DNA of 64,000 bases from an uncultured SAR86 cluster bacterium (GTDB taxonomy: Bacteria; Pseudomonadota; Gammaproteobacteria; Magnimaribacterales; D2472). A program made the position numbers and the translations under genes. Each line of letters opens with the position of its first letter. The first letter of the stretch is position 1. The stretch lies in contig CABYPB010000005.1 in the NCBI GenBank assembly GCA_902520725.1, positions 1,612-65,611 on the forward strand, written 5' to 3'. The notes below the pieces were generated by a model. The model did no database searches and was not told the DNA's origin. It saw only the letters and a program-made list of their open reading frames with translations. Positions 52,271 to 62,473 of the stretch are shown here, in pieces.

Positions 52271-53694
52271 GCTGGGAAACAGTAATTGGTCTAGAGATAC
52301 ATGCTCAACTTTCGACTGAATCTAAGTTATTCTCAGGTGGCTCCACAAAATTTGGAGCTGAATCAAATACGCATGTTGATTTAATTGATATGGGATTACC
52401 TGGAGTTCTGCCTGTTGCAAATAAAGAAGCATTTTACAAGGCTATAAGATTTGGACTTGCTACTGGTGCAGAGGTCAACCAAGTCTCTTCTTTCGATAGA
52501 AAAAACTACTTCTATCCCGATCTGCCTAAGGGTTATCAAATTACTCAAATGACTAAACCTATAGTTGAAAAAGGGTCTATAAAAGTTGTAACGGATGAGG
52601 GTGAAAAAGAAATAAATATCACAAGAGCTCATCTTGAGGAGGATGCTGGTAAATCTATTCATGACCTTTTTGAAGGAGAAACAGGGGTTGATCTTAATAG
52701 AGCTGGGACCCCCCTTCTTGAAATTGTATCTGAACCTGAAATTTCCAATGCAAAAGAGGCTGTTGCCTACTTTAAAGCTATAAGACAGCTGGTAACTTTT
52801 TTAGATATATGTGATGGAAATATGGCACAAGGATCTATGAGATGTGATGTAAATATTTCTGTTAAAAAAAGTGATGATAAAGAATTAGGGACAAGAGCTG
52901 AACTAAAAAATATCAATTCTTTTAAATTTATTGAAAAAGCTATTAATTATGAAATAGATCGTCAAATTAGATTAATTGAAAGTGGTGGAACTGTTGTTCA
53001 AGAAACAAGACTATATGATAGTGACAAAAATGAAACAAGATCGATGAGATCTAAAGAAGAAGCAAATGATTACAGATATTTTCCCTGTCCAGATCTTTTA
53101 CCTGTAGTAATTTCAGATAAGGAGTTGCAAAATATTAAAGACAATCTTCCTGAACTTCCAGAAGAAAAAGAAAATAGATATGTTACAGAAATTGGACTTG
53201 AGGAATTAGAGGCAAAAATAATATCTTCTTCTAAGGCAATGGCTAATATGTTTGAAGAAGCCTCAACTAAAACAGATGACATAAAGCTTGTTGCCAAATG
53301 GCTAGTTGGTGATGTCAGTGCTTTATTAAATAAAGATAATATTGAAATTGATGAATCAAATCTGTCTCCTGAAAATTTTGGAAAATTAATCGAAAGAATC
53401 TCAGACAACACTATCTCAGGGAAAATTGCTAAATCAGTACTTGAAGAAATTTGGGAAAGTGGTTCTGATGTTGATGAAATAATTAAATCTAAAGGCCTTG
53501 TTCAAATTCAAGATGAATCATTACTTGAAGAAATCGCTAAAAAGGTTATTGATTCGAATCCAGGTCAGGTTGCTGCATACAAAAGTGGAAAAGATAAGTT
53601 ATTTGGTTTCTTTGTGGGACAAGTAATGAAAGAGACTCAAGGTAAAGCCAATCCTAAGAGTGTTAACGAGATCCTTAAAAAAATTCTTGACTAG
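52267..53694 (+). CDS. gatB: Asp/Glu-tRNA amidotransferase subunit B
   Basis: IGLEIHAQL, RKNYFYPDLPKGYQI, HLEEDAGK and YRYFP motifs. Confidence 0.99.
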   Translation: MSWETVIGLEIHAQLSTESKLFSGGSTKFGAESNTHVDLIDMGLPGVLPVANKEAFYKAIRFGLATGAEVNQVSSFDRKNYFYPDLPKGYQITQMTKPIVEKGSIKVVTDEGEKEINITRAHLEEDAGKSIHDLFEGETGVDLNRAGTPLLEIVSEPEISNAKEAVAYFKAIRQLVTFLDICDGNMAQGSMRCDVNISVKKSDDKELGTRAELKNINSFKFIEKAINYEIDRQIRLIESGGTVVQETRLYDSDKNETRSMRSKEEANDYRYFPCPDLLPVVISDKELQNIKDNLPELPEEKENRYVTEIGLEELEAKIISSSKAMANMFEEASTKTDDIKLVAKWLVGDVSALLNKDNIEIDESNLSPENFGKLIERISDNTISGKIAKSVLEEIWESGSDVDEIIKSKGLVQIQDESLLEEIAKKVIDSNPGQVAAYKSGKDKLFGFFVGQVMKETQGKANPKSVNEILKKILD

Positions 53695-54152
53695 ACAATA
53701 AACATACTAAGAGTCTCAGCAACAAATGCTGGCTTTTCAACGCCTTTTATTTCCATGGTTACCTCAGTCTTTGCAAGATATTGTCCAGGATTCTTTTCAG
53801 TTATATCAATACACTTCATATGAATCCTAACATCTGAATTAACTGGCACAGGACTAAGAAATCTTACTTTATCTAATCCATAATTTAGCCCCATTTTGGT
53901 TCCTTCTAAAACCATTCCTATTTCTTGTTCAAAAGGTATTCCAGCAACAAGAGATAGCGAAAGAAATCCGTGTGCAATAGTAGACCCAAATACAGGAGTT
54001 GCTTGCTCAGGATCAACATGAATGAATTGATGATCCATTGTTGCGTCAGCAAATTTATTAATTCTTTCTTGATCAATGGTCACCCAATCTGACACGCCTA
54101 TTTCGGTTCCAAGCACTGAATCAATTTCTGATGGTTTAACAATCTTTAACAT
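53691..54152 (-). CDS. MaoC-family (hot-dog) dehydratase, NodN-like
   Basis: FADATMDHQFIHVDP, TIAHGFLSLS and NYGLDKVRF motifs. Confidence 0.9.
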   Translation of the reverse strand: MLKIVKPSEIDSVLGTEIGVSDWVTIDQERINKFADATMDHQFIHVDPEQATPVFGSTIAHGFLSLSLVAGIPFEQEIGMVLEGTKMGLNYGLDKVRFLSPVPVNSDVRIHMKCIDITEKNPGQYLAKTEVTMEIKGVEKPAFVAETLSMFIV

Positions 54153-54153
54153 A

Positions 54154-55770
54154 TTATTTCTCCATATAATGGTTACTGTATTCCTCTCTTAGTTCAAATT
54201 TTTGAAGTTTTCCTGTTGCTCCGTGAGGTAATTCTTTTAAAAATATAATTTCGTCCGGTAACCACCATTTAGCAACTTTATCTTTTAAAAATTCGATAAT
54301 GCTATCTTTTTCAATGAGATCTCCAGAATTAGTTACTATAAAGAGCATTGGTCGTTCATCCCATTTGGGATGAGGTATGCCAACAACGCATGCTTCGGCG
54401 ACTTCTGGATGTCCAAAAGCAGCATTTTCTAAATCAATTGAACTAATCCATTCACCTCCCGATTTAATGACATCCTTTGCTCTATCCTTAATAGTCATAT
54501 ATCCATCTTGATCTAATACAGATATATCTCCAGTATCAAACCACCCTTCTGCATCAACAGCATCTTTATCAGCTTTAAAATATTTTTGTAGAATCCACGG
54601 ACCTCTAACCATTAAATGACCTTGTGATTCTCCATCTTTGGGCAGTTCATTACCAGCATCATCTACAACTTTTAATTCAACTCCATATATAGGCCTTCCT
54701 TGTTTAAGTTGGATGGCATACTTTTCTTCTTTAGACATATTGTCCATTTCGGGTACCGGAATATTGGTAGTGCCCAATGGACTCATTTCTGTCATTCCCC
54801 ATGCATGAATTACATTAACATCATGAACTTCATCAAATTCTTGAAGTGTTGCAAGTGACAATGCCGAACCACCAATAATTGTATTTTTTACAGATGAAAG
54901 AATTTTATTGTTTTCTCTACAATAAGCTAATAAACCCATCCATATTGTTGGAACACCAAATGCTAAAGAAACATCCTCTTGATCAATTAATTCATATAAT
55001 GGTTCTCCTTCCATCTGCATGCCAGGCATGATTAGTTTTAGTCCATTCATTGGGCCAAAATATGGAATACCCCATGCAAGGACATGGAATAAAGGAACTA
55101 CCATTAGAATTGAATCATCTGGTTGAATGGTCATTGCTGTTAGAGCTGCCTGAGCATGAAGAACATTAGATTTATGGCTGTATAAAACTCCTTTAGGATT
55201 TCCTGTTGTTCCTGATGTATAGCATAGTGCACATGCTGCATCATCTGCCAATACTGGCCAATTATAATTTTCGTCACCATCTTTGATATATTCCTCATAG
55301 GACATCGCATTCTTCAATGAGGTTTCTGGCAACTCGTTTTCTTCACATAAAACAATGTATTTTTCTACTGTTGTTAATTTGTCTTTAAGTCCCTCCAATA
55401 TAGGCACAAACGGAAGTTCGACAAAAATAATTTTGTCTTCAGCATGATTGATGATATATACAGCTTGTTCAGGATGTAACCTAAAATTAAGTGTATGAGT
55501 TACCGCTCCCATTCCAGAAATACCGTAATACATTTCAAGATGCCTGAAAGTATTGAGAGCTAGTGTTGCAACTACATCTCCATGTTTTACACCATCTTTT
55601 TCAAGAGCTGATGCTAGTTTTCGCGATCTTATACAAACTTCTTCGTAATTTGTTCTATGTACTTCTCCAGAAACTAGTCTGCTAATTACCTCTGTCTTTG
55701 GATGAATTTCTTTTGCGTGTTCAATAATTCCTGCTACATTAGGTGTCCACTTTTGCATATCTCCAATCAT
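54154..55770 (-). CDS. Acyl-CoA synthetase (AlkK/DmdB-like fatty acid or methylmercaptopropionate--CoA ligase)
   Basis: [26 protein letters not shown] and [16 protein letters not shown] motifs; start refined to ATG 55770 with a GGAG RBS. Confidence 0.9.
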   Translation of the reverse strand: MIGDMQKWTPNVAGIIEHAKEIHPKTEVISRLVSGEVHRTNYEEVCIRSRKLASALEKDGVKHGDVVATLALNTFRHLEMYYGISGMGAVTHTLNFRLHPEQAVYIINHAEDKIIFVELPFVPILEGLKDKLTTVEKYIVLCEENELPETSLKNAMSYEEYIKDGDENYNWPVLADDAACALCYTSGTTGNPKGVLYSHKSNVLHAQAALTAMTIQPDDSILMVVPLFHVLAWGIPYFGPMNGLKLIMPGMQMEGEPLYELIDQEDVSLAFGVPTIWMGLLAYCRENNKILSSVKNTIIGGSALSLATLQEFDEVHDVNVIHAWGMTEMSPLGTTNIPVPEMDNMSKEEKYAIQLKQGRPIYGVELKVVDDAGNELPKDGESQGHLMVRGPWILQKYFKADKDAVDAEGWFDTGDISVLDQDGYMTIKDRAKDVIKSGGEWISSIDLENAAFGHPEVAEACVVGIPHPKWDERPMLFIVTNSGDLIEKDSIIEFLKDKVAKWWLPDEIIFLKELPHGATGKLQKFELREEYSNHYMEK

Positions 55771-55837
55771 TTGAATTGCTCCGTTATCTTGTTTGATATA
55801 AATTATATAAGAAGCAACATTATTTGATAACAAAATT

Positions 55838-56503
55838 ATGAATATAAAAGAAGGTATTGAGAAAAGATTTTCTGTGAGAGCATTCACAGATGAAGTTCCA
55901 AGTATGGAAATAATCAAAGAAATTCTTAAAACTGCTAATTCTGCACCATCAGGAGGTAATATTCAGCCATGGAAGGTTTATGTATTAAATGAAAAATCTA
56001 AAAGTAAGTTAGCAGAAAAAACTCTTCATAACTTTGATACCGGTATTCAAGAGGAAATTGAATATAATATTTATCCAAAACCTTTAGCAGACGAATATAA
56101 AAAAAGAAGGTATGAGTGTGGCGCAGATATGTACAATGCACTATCTATCGAAAAGGATGATCTTGATTCGAGGTTTAAGCAAATTAGAGAAAACTATAAT
56201 TTTTTTGGAGCTCCGTTGGGAATGATTATTACTATTGATAGATCATTTGGTAATAATGGTTGGGGACATGTGGGAATGTTTTTAGAGAATCTTTGGCTAA
56301 GTGCCATTCATCATGGTCTAGGATTATGTTTACAAGAATCTTGGTCCATTTATCCAAAAACTGTAAAAGAAGCAATAAAACATCCTGATAATGAAATAGT
56401 TTGGTGTGGTGTTGCAATTGGTTATGAAGATAAAAATGATCCAATTAATAATTACAGAACAAAAAGGGAAAAAATCGATTCTTTTGTAAAATTTATTGAA
56501 TAG
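55838..56503 (+). CDS. Nitroreductase family protein
   Basis: RFSVRAF, APSGGNIQPW, NYNFFGAP and GLGLCLQ motifs. Confidence 0.9.
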   Translation: MNIKEGIEKRFSVRAFTDEVPSMEIIKEILKTANSAPSGGNIQPWKVYVLNEKSKSKLAEKTLHNFDTGIQEEIEYNIYPKPLADEYKKRRYECGADMYNALSIEKDDLDSRFKQIRENYNFFGAPLGMIITIDRSFGNNGWGHVGMFLENLWLSAIHHGLGLCLQESWSIYPKTVKEAIKHPDNEIVWCGVAIGYEDKNDPINNYRTKREKIDSFVKFIE

Positions 56504-57962
56504 ATCAAAAGTGACAATATCTAATGCAATAAAATTTAAAAATTCTTATGCAAAAGAATTACATGAGATATGTGAAAGATGTGTCCCTAGTGGTTTCAAC
56601 AAATCTGAAATAGTATTAAAAAACTATATTCTTGCTAAAGAGCTTGGACTCAGTAAAAAGTTTGTTGAGTCAAAAGAATGTTTGGAGATATTCTCAGGAG
56701 TATCGATACCTGAAAGTTCTCAACCAATAGCACAAGGTTATTGTGGTCATCAATTTGGACATTTTAATCCTCAATTGGGTGATGGAAGAGCAATTCTTTT
56801 GGGTGAAATCAATAATCAGGATATTCAATTAAAAGGCATAGGACAAACTCCTTTTTCAAGAAGAGGAGATGGAAAATCGTCCCTAGGGCCAGTATTAAGG
56901 GAATATATTGTAAGTGAATTTATGCATTCTATAAAAATACCTACAACAAGAGCTCTTTTTGCTATTAAAACCAACGAAACAGTTATGCGAGAAACTGAAC
57001 AATTTGGTGGAGTTTTAACTAGAGTTGCTAAAAGTCATATAAGAATTGGAACATTTGAATATGCAAGAAGTAAAAGCAATAAAACACTTAAATCATTAGC
57101 AGATTATTCTATAAACAGGCATTATCCAGAATTAAATCAAACAGACAACAAATATTTAAGTTTTTTTGCGGCTGTATGTGATAGGCAAGCTTTGTTAATT
57201 TCTAAATGGATGAGTGTAGGTTTTATTCATGGAGTCATGAATACAGACAATATGACAATTTCTGGTGAAACAATAGATTATGGTCCATGCGCTTTCATGA
57301 ACGAATATAATCCAAAAACTGTCTTTAGCTCTATTGATCATAATGGAAGATATGCATATAAAAATCAACCCGCCATTCTTGTATGGAATCTTGCAAAATT
57401 TGCTGAAACTCTAATTCCTCTTGTTAATGAAGAATCAGAGAAATCTGTAAAGCAACTAACTGAAGTTTTACAATTAGTTATGCCTTCGTATGAAGAGTAT
57501 TTTTATAAAGAACACTTTAAAAAATTAGGATTAGAGGAAAAAAGTAATAAAAATATTAGAATAGTAAAAGATTATTTATCAATATTAGAATCTAATTCTA
57601 TAGATTTAACATCTTCATTTAGAGATCTTTCAAAGATTCTTGTAAATGATAAAAAAATTAAAGAGTCAGTATTTTCAAATATACATAACTTTGATCAATG
57701 GTATGAATGTTGGAAGCAAGAGTTAAATAAAAATCAAAACCTAAACATTGCAAAAAAAATGGACAGTATCAATCCATGCTATATTCCTAGAAATCACATT
57801 ATCGAAGAAGTACTAATGGCTGTTATGAATAATGATTTGTCAGAACTTAATAAGTTTATAAAGATATTAGAAAATCCATTCAAGGAGATCTCTAAGTATC
57901 AAGAATATACATCTACACCATTAAATTCAGATAGTAATTATGTCACCTATTGTGGGACTTAA
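56496..57962 (+). CDS. selO: Protein adenylyltransferase SelO/YdiU
   Basis: YCGHQFG..PQLGDGRA, RRGDG, GFIHGVMNTDN, TIDYGP, PRNH and C-terminal YCGT; TTG 56496 or GTG 56511 start. Confidence 0.93.
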   Translation: MNRSKVTISNAIKFKNSYAKELHEICERCVPSGFNKSEIVLKNYILAKELGLSKKFVESKECLEIFSGVSIPESSQPIAQGYCGHQFGHFNPQLGDGRAILLGEINNQDIQLKGIGQTPFSRRGDGKSSLGPVLREYIVSEFMHSIKIPTTRALFAIKTNETVMRETEQFGGVLTRVAKSHIRIGTFEYARSKSNKTLKSLADYSINRHYPELNQTDNKYLSFFAAVCDRQALLISKWMSVGFIHGVMNTDNMTISGETIDYGPCAFMNEYNPKTVFSSIDHNGRYAYKNQPAILVWNLAKFAETLIPLVNEESEKSVKQLTEVLQLVMPSYEEYFYKEHFKKLGLEEKSNKNIRIVKDYLSILESNSIDLTSSFRDLSKILVNDKKIKESVFSNIHNFDQWYECWKQELNKNQNLNIAKKMDSINPCYIPRNHIIEEVLMAVMNNDLSELNKFIKILENPFKEISKYQEYTSTPLNSDSNYVTYCGT

Positions 57963-58786
57963 ATCGTTCCCAATGTTGCCCTTGTATGATTTTGAAAATC
58001 TTTTATTAACTTAATATTTGTAAAGCCATTTTCCTCAAAAATATTTTTAACATCATTTGATTGATTAAATCCGTGTTCAAAAATAATCATCCCTTCCTTT
58101 TTTAAAATCTTTGTTGATTGTTGAGTAATCTTTTGAATGTCACCTAGTCCATTATTAGGCGCAACCAATGCTCGATATGGCTCATGCTCCAAATCATTTA
58201 GATGTGGGTCTTCTTCTGCAATATAGGGTGGATTGCTTATAATTACATCAAAAGATTTTTTATCAAAACAACATAGCCAATCAGCTTGTATAAGATGAAA
58301 ATTGGCTACATCAAGATTTTTTTTGTTAATATTTGCAACATTTAAAGAATCAATGCAGTAATCAGATCCATAAACTTCAAATTTAGGATTCTTTAAGGCA
58401 ATTGAAATGCCTATACAACCAGAACCTGTTCCAACATCTAAGATTTTTATTTTTCTTGGAAAATCATAATTAATTATATAATCAACCAATAATTCCGTTT
58501 CTGATCTTGGTATAAGCACTCTTTCATCAACATAGAATTCTTCCTCATAAAATTTAGTTGAATTAAGAATATAATCTAATGGTATACCCTCTTTTTTCTT
58601 TTTTATAAAATTCTCAATTAAATTATCTTCGTTATCTGTAAAGATTTTTTCTTTATTAAGATATATATCTTTATGTTTAAGGAATAACTTTTCTTTAAGA
58701 TAAAAAATAAGCTCTTCCTTGATACCTGAACTAGCTTCAAAGGAATCATCGATTATATTGTTGTAATGAGTTAAATTTTTAGACAA
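57959..58786 (-). CDS. prmC: Release factor glutamine methyltransferase
   Basis: LIPRSETE, DVGTGSGCI and SNPPY motifs; follows prfA. Confidence 0.95.
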   Translation of the reverse strand: MSKNLTHYNNIIDDSFEASSGIKEELIFYLKEKLFLKHKDIYLNKEKIFTDNEDNLIENFIKKKKEGIPLDYILNSTKFYEEEFYVDERVLIPRSETELLVDYIINYDFPRKIKILDVGTGSGCIGISIALKNPKFEVYGSDYCIDSLNVANINKKNLDVANFHLIQADWLCCFDKKSFDVIISNPPYIAEEDPHLNDLEHEPYRALVAPNNGLGDIQKITQQSTKILKKEGMIIFEHGFNQSNDVKNIFEENGFTNIKLIKDFQNHTRATLGTI

Positions 58787-59872
58787 TTATTCTGATTCAA
58801 GTTGTGAGAGCATGGCCAATTGATTCTCAGCCAATAATGCATCGCAAATAGTTTTAATATCGCCATCCATAATTTGGTCTAAATTATGTTGAGTTAGCTT
58901 AATTCTATGATCAGTCATTCTGCCTTGCGGAAAATTATATGTTCGTATTTTTTCACTCCTATCCCCAGTTCCAACTAAAATTTTTCTCTCGCTGGCAATA
59001 CTCTCTTGCTGACTATCTATCTCTTGCTGTTTAAGTTTTGCAGCAAGTAACGATAAGGCCTTATCTTTATTTTTATGTTGAGATCTTCCATCTTGGCATT
59101 CAACTACAATGCCTGTAGGTATATGGGTTAGTCTGACCGCAGAATCTGTCTTATTAACATGCTGTCCTCCAGCGCCAGAAGCTCTAAAAGTATCTACTCT
59201 TAAGTCATTTTTATCAATATTGATGTCTTGAACTTCCTCTACTTCAGGTAGAATTGCTACCGTACATGTTGAGGTATGAATCCTTCCTTGGGACTCTGTT
59301 TCAGGAACTCTTTGAACTCTATGAACACCAGATTCAAATTTTAAAACTTTAAAAACACCTTTGCCTTCAAGTTTTGCAACAACTTCTTTTAGACCACCCT
59401 GTTCCGATTGTTTTATATCGATTACCTCCATATTCCAACCAACTCTCTCAGACAGTCTTGTATACATTCTAAAAAGATCTCCAGCAAAGATACTTGCCTC
59501 ATCTCCTCCTGCTCCAGCACGTATTTCAAGATAGGCAGAACCATCGTCTGCAGAATCTTTAGGAAGTAACATTAATTTTAATTCCTTCTCAAGTTTTTCA
59601 GGTTTATCTTCAGCATTCCTAATTTCTTCTTGTGCTAAAGCCTTTAAATCTTCATCTTCGGTTTCAAGAATTTCATTTGCATCTTCTATAATTTTTATTA
59701 CTTGATTGTATTCGTTAAATTTATCAACGATTGGTTTGAGTTCTGCAAATTCCTTATTCAAAAGAGTATATTTGTCTATATCCTTAACAGTTTCTGAGTC
59801 GACCAATAATGTCTCTATCTCGCTGATTCTATTTTGTAGCTGATCAAGCTTGTTTAGCATGGAATTATGCAT
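58787..59872 (-). CDS. prfA: Peptide chain release factor 1
   Basis: EIRAGAGGDEA, HRVQRVPETE (PxT) and GAGGQHVN motifs; start refined to ATG 59872. Confidence 0.98.
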   Translation of the reverse strand: MHNSMLNKLDQLQNRISEIETLLVDSETVKDIDKYTLLNKEFAELKPIVDKFNEYNQVIKIIEDANEILETEDEDLKALAQEEIRNAEDKPEKLEKELKLMLLPKDSADDGSAYLEIRAGAGGDEASIFAGDLFRMYTRLSERVGWNMEVIDIKQSEQGGLKEVVAKLEGKGVFKVLKFESGVHRVQRVPETESQGRIHTSTCTVAILPEVEEVQDINIDKNDLRVDTFRASGAGGQHVNKTDSAVRLTHIPTGIVVECQDGRSQHKNKDKALSLLAAKLKQQEIDSQQESIASERKILVGTGDRSEKIRTYNFPQGRMTDHRIKLTQHNLDQIMDGDIKTICDALLAENQLAMLSQLESE

Positions 59873-61097
59873 TTTCAATAAATCTTTTAATCATAGATTT
59901 AATTATGTGATCATCGAGTTTTTTAATATCTTCAAAATTATTTAATTCAAGACTCTCAATATTTAGAGTTTTTATGGACCTTATCAATTCAGAGAAATCT
60001 TTTGAATCTTTGAATTGTTTTATTTCATCAGCAGAAAGGCTTTTTAGGAATTCTGCTAGTTGGAGATTAATTTTATCTTTAGTATCTTTTAATGAGAATT
60101 CATCTAATGCTGCTTGAGCCTCTATAACAATAATATTCATAGCTTTCTCTGCCTCGATTGAACGTTGTCCGTAATTATCTTGAGTTATCTTCTCGATATC
60201 ATCTATAGAGAATAGATAAGCTTGCTCAATATTTCTTATTTCATCTTCAATGTTTCTTGGTACTCCTAAATCAATAAGTAATATTGGTTTGTTTCTTCTT
60301 ATTTTTAAGGCGTTTTCAACCGCCCCTTTTCCAATCAATGGGAGATCAGTTGCTGAAGAGGCAATTACTATGTCAGCTAACTCTAATTCGTCATGAAGTG
60401 AGTCTAATGAAGAAGATATGATTTCATAGTCATCATCTAGTTTAATCGTCTTTACGCTTCTATTAACCGACTTAATTCTTTTTATGCCATTCTTAAAAAG
60501 ATTATCCATAACGCTATGAGCAAGAGAGCCTGCTCCAACTATTAAGATATTTTGATGTTTTGGTTCTTCGAATATATTTTTAACTAGTTTATATGCAAGT
60601 CCACTTACAGATAGTGAATTTAGACCAATATTTGTTTTTGTTCTAGCTTTCTTAGAAATCTCTAATACTTTATTTGAAAGTTTTAATAATTTTCCATTAA
60701 CAATATTAATTTCCTTTGCTTTCTTAAGTGCTTTTTTAAATTGTCCTAATATTTCTTGTTCTCCAAGAACTTGTGAATCAATACCAGAAGCTACTTTACA
60801 CATATGCACTATTGCATCATGGCCATTCAAAAAATAAAAACTGTCTTTGTCCATTTCTTCATTTGTAAGCACGGTCATAACTTCTTCAAAAACTTTAGGT
60901 GATAGGTTTTGGTCGCCAACAAAATAGAACTCAGTTCTATTGCAAGTTGAGATGCCAAAGAACGACTCCAATTTGTTAGGAAATGCATTTTTTAAATGAT
61001 TATCTAATAAAATTTGGTTAGACTCATTTATAATAAATTTTTCTCTTTCAGAGACGTCAGAGGTCTTGTGATTTATGCCAAATAACTGTAATTCCAT
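59865..61097 (-). CDS. hemA: Glutamyl-tRNA reductase
   Basis: GINHKT, STCNRTE, DSQVLGEQEILGQ, GAG and DLGVPRNI motifs. Confidence 0.96.
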   Translation of the reverse strand: MELQLFGINHKTSDVSEREKFIINESNQILLDNHLKNAFPNKLESFFGISTCNRTEFYFVGDQNLSPKVFEEVMTVLTNEEMDKDSFYFLNGHDAIVHMCKVASGIDSQVLGEQEILGQFKKALKKAKEINIVNGKLLKLSNKVLEISKKARTKTNIGLNSLSVSGLAYKLVKNIFEEPKHQNILIVGAGSLAHSVMDNLFKNGIKRIKSVNRSVKTIKLDDDYEIISSSLDSLHDELELADIVIASSATDLPLIGKGAVENALKIRRNKPILLIDLGVPRNIEDEIRNIEQAYLFSIDDIEKITQDNYGQRSIEAEKAMNIIVIEAQAALDEFSLKDTKDKINLQLAEFLKSLSADEIKQFKDSKDFSELIRSIKTLNIESLELNNFEDIKKLDDHIIKSMIKRFIENA

Positions 61098-61557
61098 AAT
61101 AAAAACTTTTGTTTATACCATACTCATTAGCTTTATTGTCTCATGTGCATCTACTGATAATAATAGAAGCTCTGCTGAGTATTCTGGAAAATTATTGATA
61201 AGTAAAAATGGTGATGAACAATTTTCCTTTAATATAAATATTAACTTAGCTAAAAAAGATTCTATTATACAGATTAAGAAGCCGTTTTACGGAAATGTTC
61301 TCAAGATTAAAGTGAGCGATAATAAAAACATAGTCTTTCTTCCAAATAAAGGTACTTCTCCATTTTATGTCCCTGAGGAAATTAATAGAAATTTTAAGTA
61401 TTGGATGAGGCAATGCCTTCTATCAAATAACTTAGATGTTAATAATATTATAAAAGACGAAACGTTTAGTTTTAATTGTAAATCATTCAAAAATAAGACA
61501 GATTTTAATATCACATATCAAAATATAATTCTCAAAGGTTTTGTTATAAAAAAATGA
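61075..61557 (+). CDS. Lipoprotein at the lolB locus (highly divergent LolB-like)
   Basis: Lipobox FIVSC; located between divergent hemA and ispE; G.L....F, P.YG and L.YW-like pattern; start uncertain. Confidence 0.55.
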   Translation: MPNNCNSIIKTFVYTILISFIVSCASTDNNRSSAEYSGKLLISKNGDEQFSFNININLAKKDSIIQIKKPFYGNVLKIKVSDNKNIVFLPNKGTSPFYVPEEINRNFKYWMRQCLLSNNLDVNNIIKDETFSFNCKSFKNKTDFNITYQNIILKGFVIKK

Positions 61558-62366
61558 ATAAAATTAAAATCAAGTCTCCTGCAAAAATAAATTTATTTTT
61601 AAGAGTCTTGGAAAAAAATAGTAGTGGTTATCATAATATTGAAACTTCTTTTCAATATGTTGATTTGTATGATTTGATGAGTTTTGAGCTTATTGATGAG
61701 GGTATTAAAATAAGATCGAACAAAGCCTTTTTAGAAAATAAAGATAATACTATTTATAAATCTGCAAAGTTACTACTCGATATGCTTGATCATAAAATAG
61801 GTGTAAATATCTCCATTGAAAAAAATATTCCAATTGGAGCTGGTCTTGGGGGTGGAAGTTCAAACGCAGCCTCTACAATTTCTGTATTAAATAAGTTATG
61901 GAATTTAAATTTAACAAAAGATGTATTAATGGAAACTGCTATTAAAATAGGAGCTGATGTACCTTTTTTTATAAATGGAAAAAATGCATATGGAAAAGGT
62001 ATTGGAGAAAAACTTGAAACTAGAGAATCAATTAAAAATAAAATATTGTTGATATATCCAGAAATACATAATTCATCTGAGAGTATGTTTAATCTCTTAG
62101 ATGCCCAAAGAAAAAATAACAACAATTTAAAACACCATATGCAGAATGATTTTTGGAATGTTTTTTTAAATGAAAATAAAAAAATAAAGAATTTTTATGA
62201 AGCAAATAAAAAATATGAAATAAAATTGAGTGGAAGTGGTTCTTGTATGTATATATTCTATGAAAAAGAAGATGATATTAAAGAAATTCTTAAAAAAATT
62301 CCAAGTAATTGGAGATTCTTTTTCTGTAAACCATTACAATATTCGCCGATATGTTATATCGAATAA
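61554..62366 (+). CDS. ispE: 4-diphosphocytidyl-2C-methyl-D-erythritol kinase
   Basis: SPAKINLFL, KNIPIGAGLGGGSSNAA, GADVPFF and LSGSGS motifs. Confidence 0.96.
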   Translation: MNKIKIKSPAKINLFLRVLEKNSSGYHNIETSFQYVDLYDLMSFELIDEGIKIRSNKAFLENKDNTIYKSAKLLLDMLDHKIGVNISIEKNIPIGAGLGGGSSNAASTISVLNKLWNLNLTKDVLMETAIKIGADVPFFINGKNAYGKGIGEKLETRESIKNKILLIYPEIHNSSESMFNLLDAQRKNNNNLKHHMQNDFWNVFLNENKKIKNFYEANKKYEIKLSGSGSCMYIFYEKEDDIKEILKKIPSNWRFFFCKPLQYSPICYIE

Positions 62367-62369
62367 AAA

Positions 62370-62444
62370 TGGGGTGTAGCCAAGCGGTAAGGCAACGGGT
62401 TTTGATCCCGTCATGCGTAGGTTCGAATCCTACCACCCCAGCCA
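62370..62444 (+). tRNA. tRNA-Gln (anticodon TTG)
   Basis: Cloverleaf TGGGGTG/CACCCCA acceptor stem with a U1-A72 pair, ACGGG-TTTTGAT-CCCGT anticodon arm, GTTCGAATC T-loop, encoded CCA. Confidence 0.98.
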
Positions 62445-62473
62445 TGCTTTATAATACCTAAGAGGGGATTAAT

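Noticed and set aside
50541..53694. gatCAB in a gammaproteobacterium
   Set aside because: Ordinary for Pseudomonas-like lineages, where it sits divergent from mreB as here
55783..55831. GTTATC...GATAAC inverted pair in the ligase/nitroreductase divergent region
   Set aside because: Only 6 bp, widely spaced, with no regulator nearby to support it
55771..55917. N-terminal extension of the acyl-CoA ligase ORF overlapping the nitroreductase
   Set aside because: Family similarity begins at MIGDMQ (55770), which has a GGAG RBS; likewise the longest-ORF starts for ispDF, kdsA, rpsR, kdsD and bolA are probably too far upstream
62370..62473. tRNA-Gln as a possible island integration site
   Set aside because: ispE-tRNA-prs-rplY is contiguous; no integrase or duplicated tRNA 3' end seen
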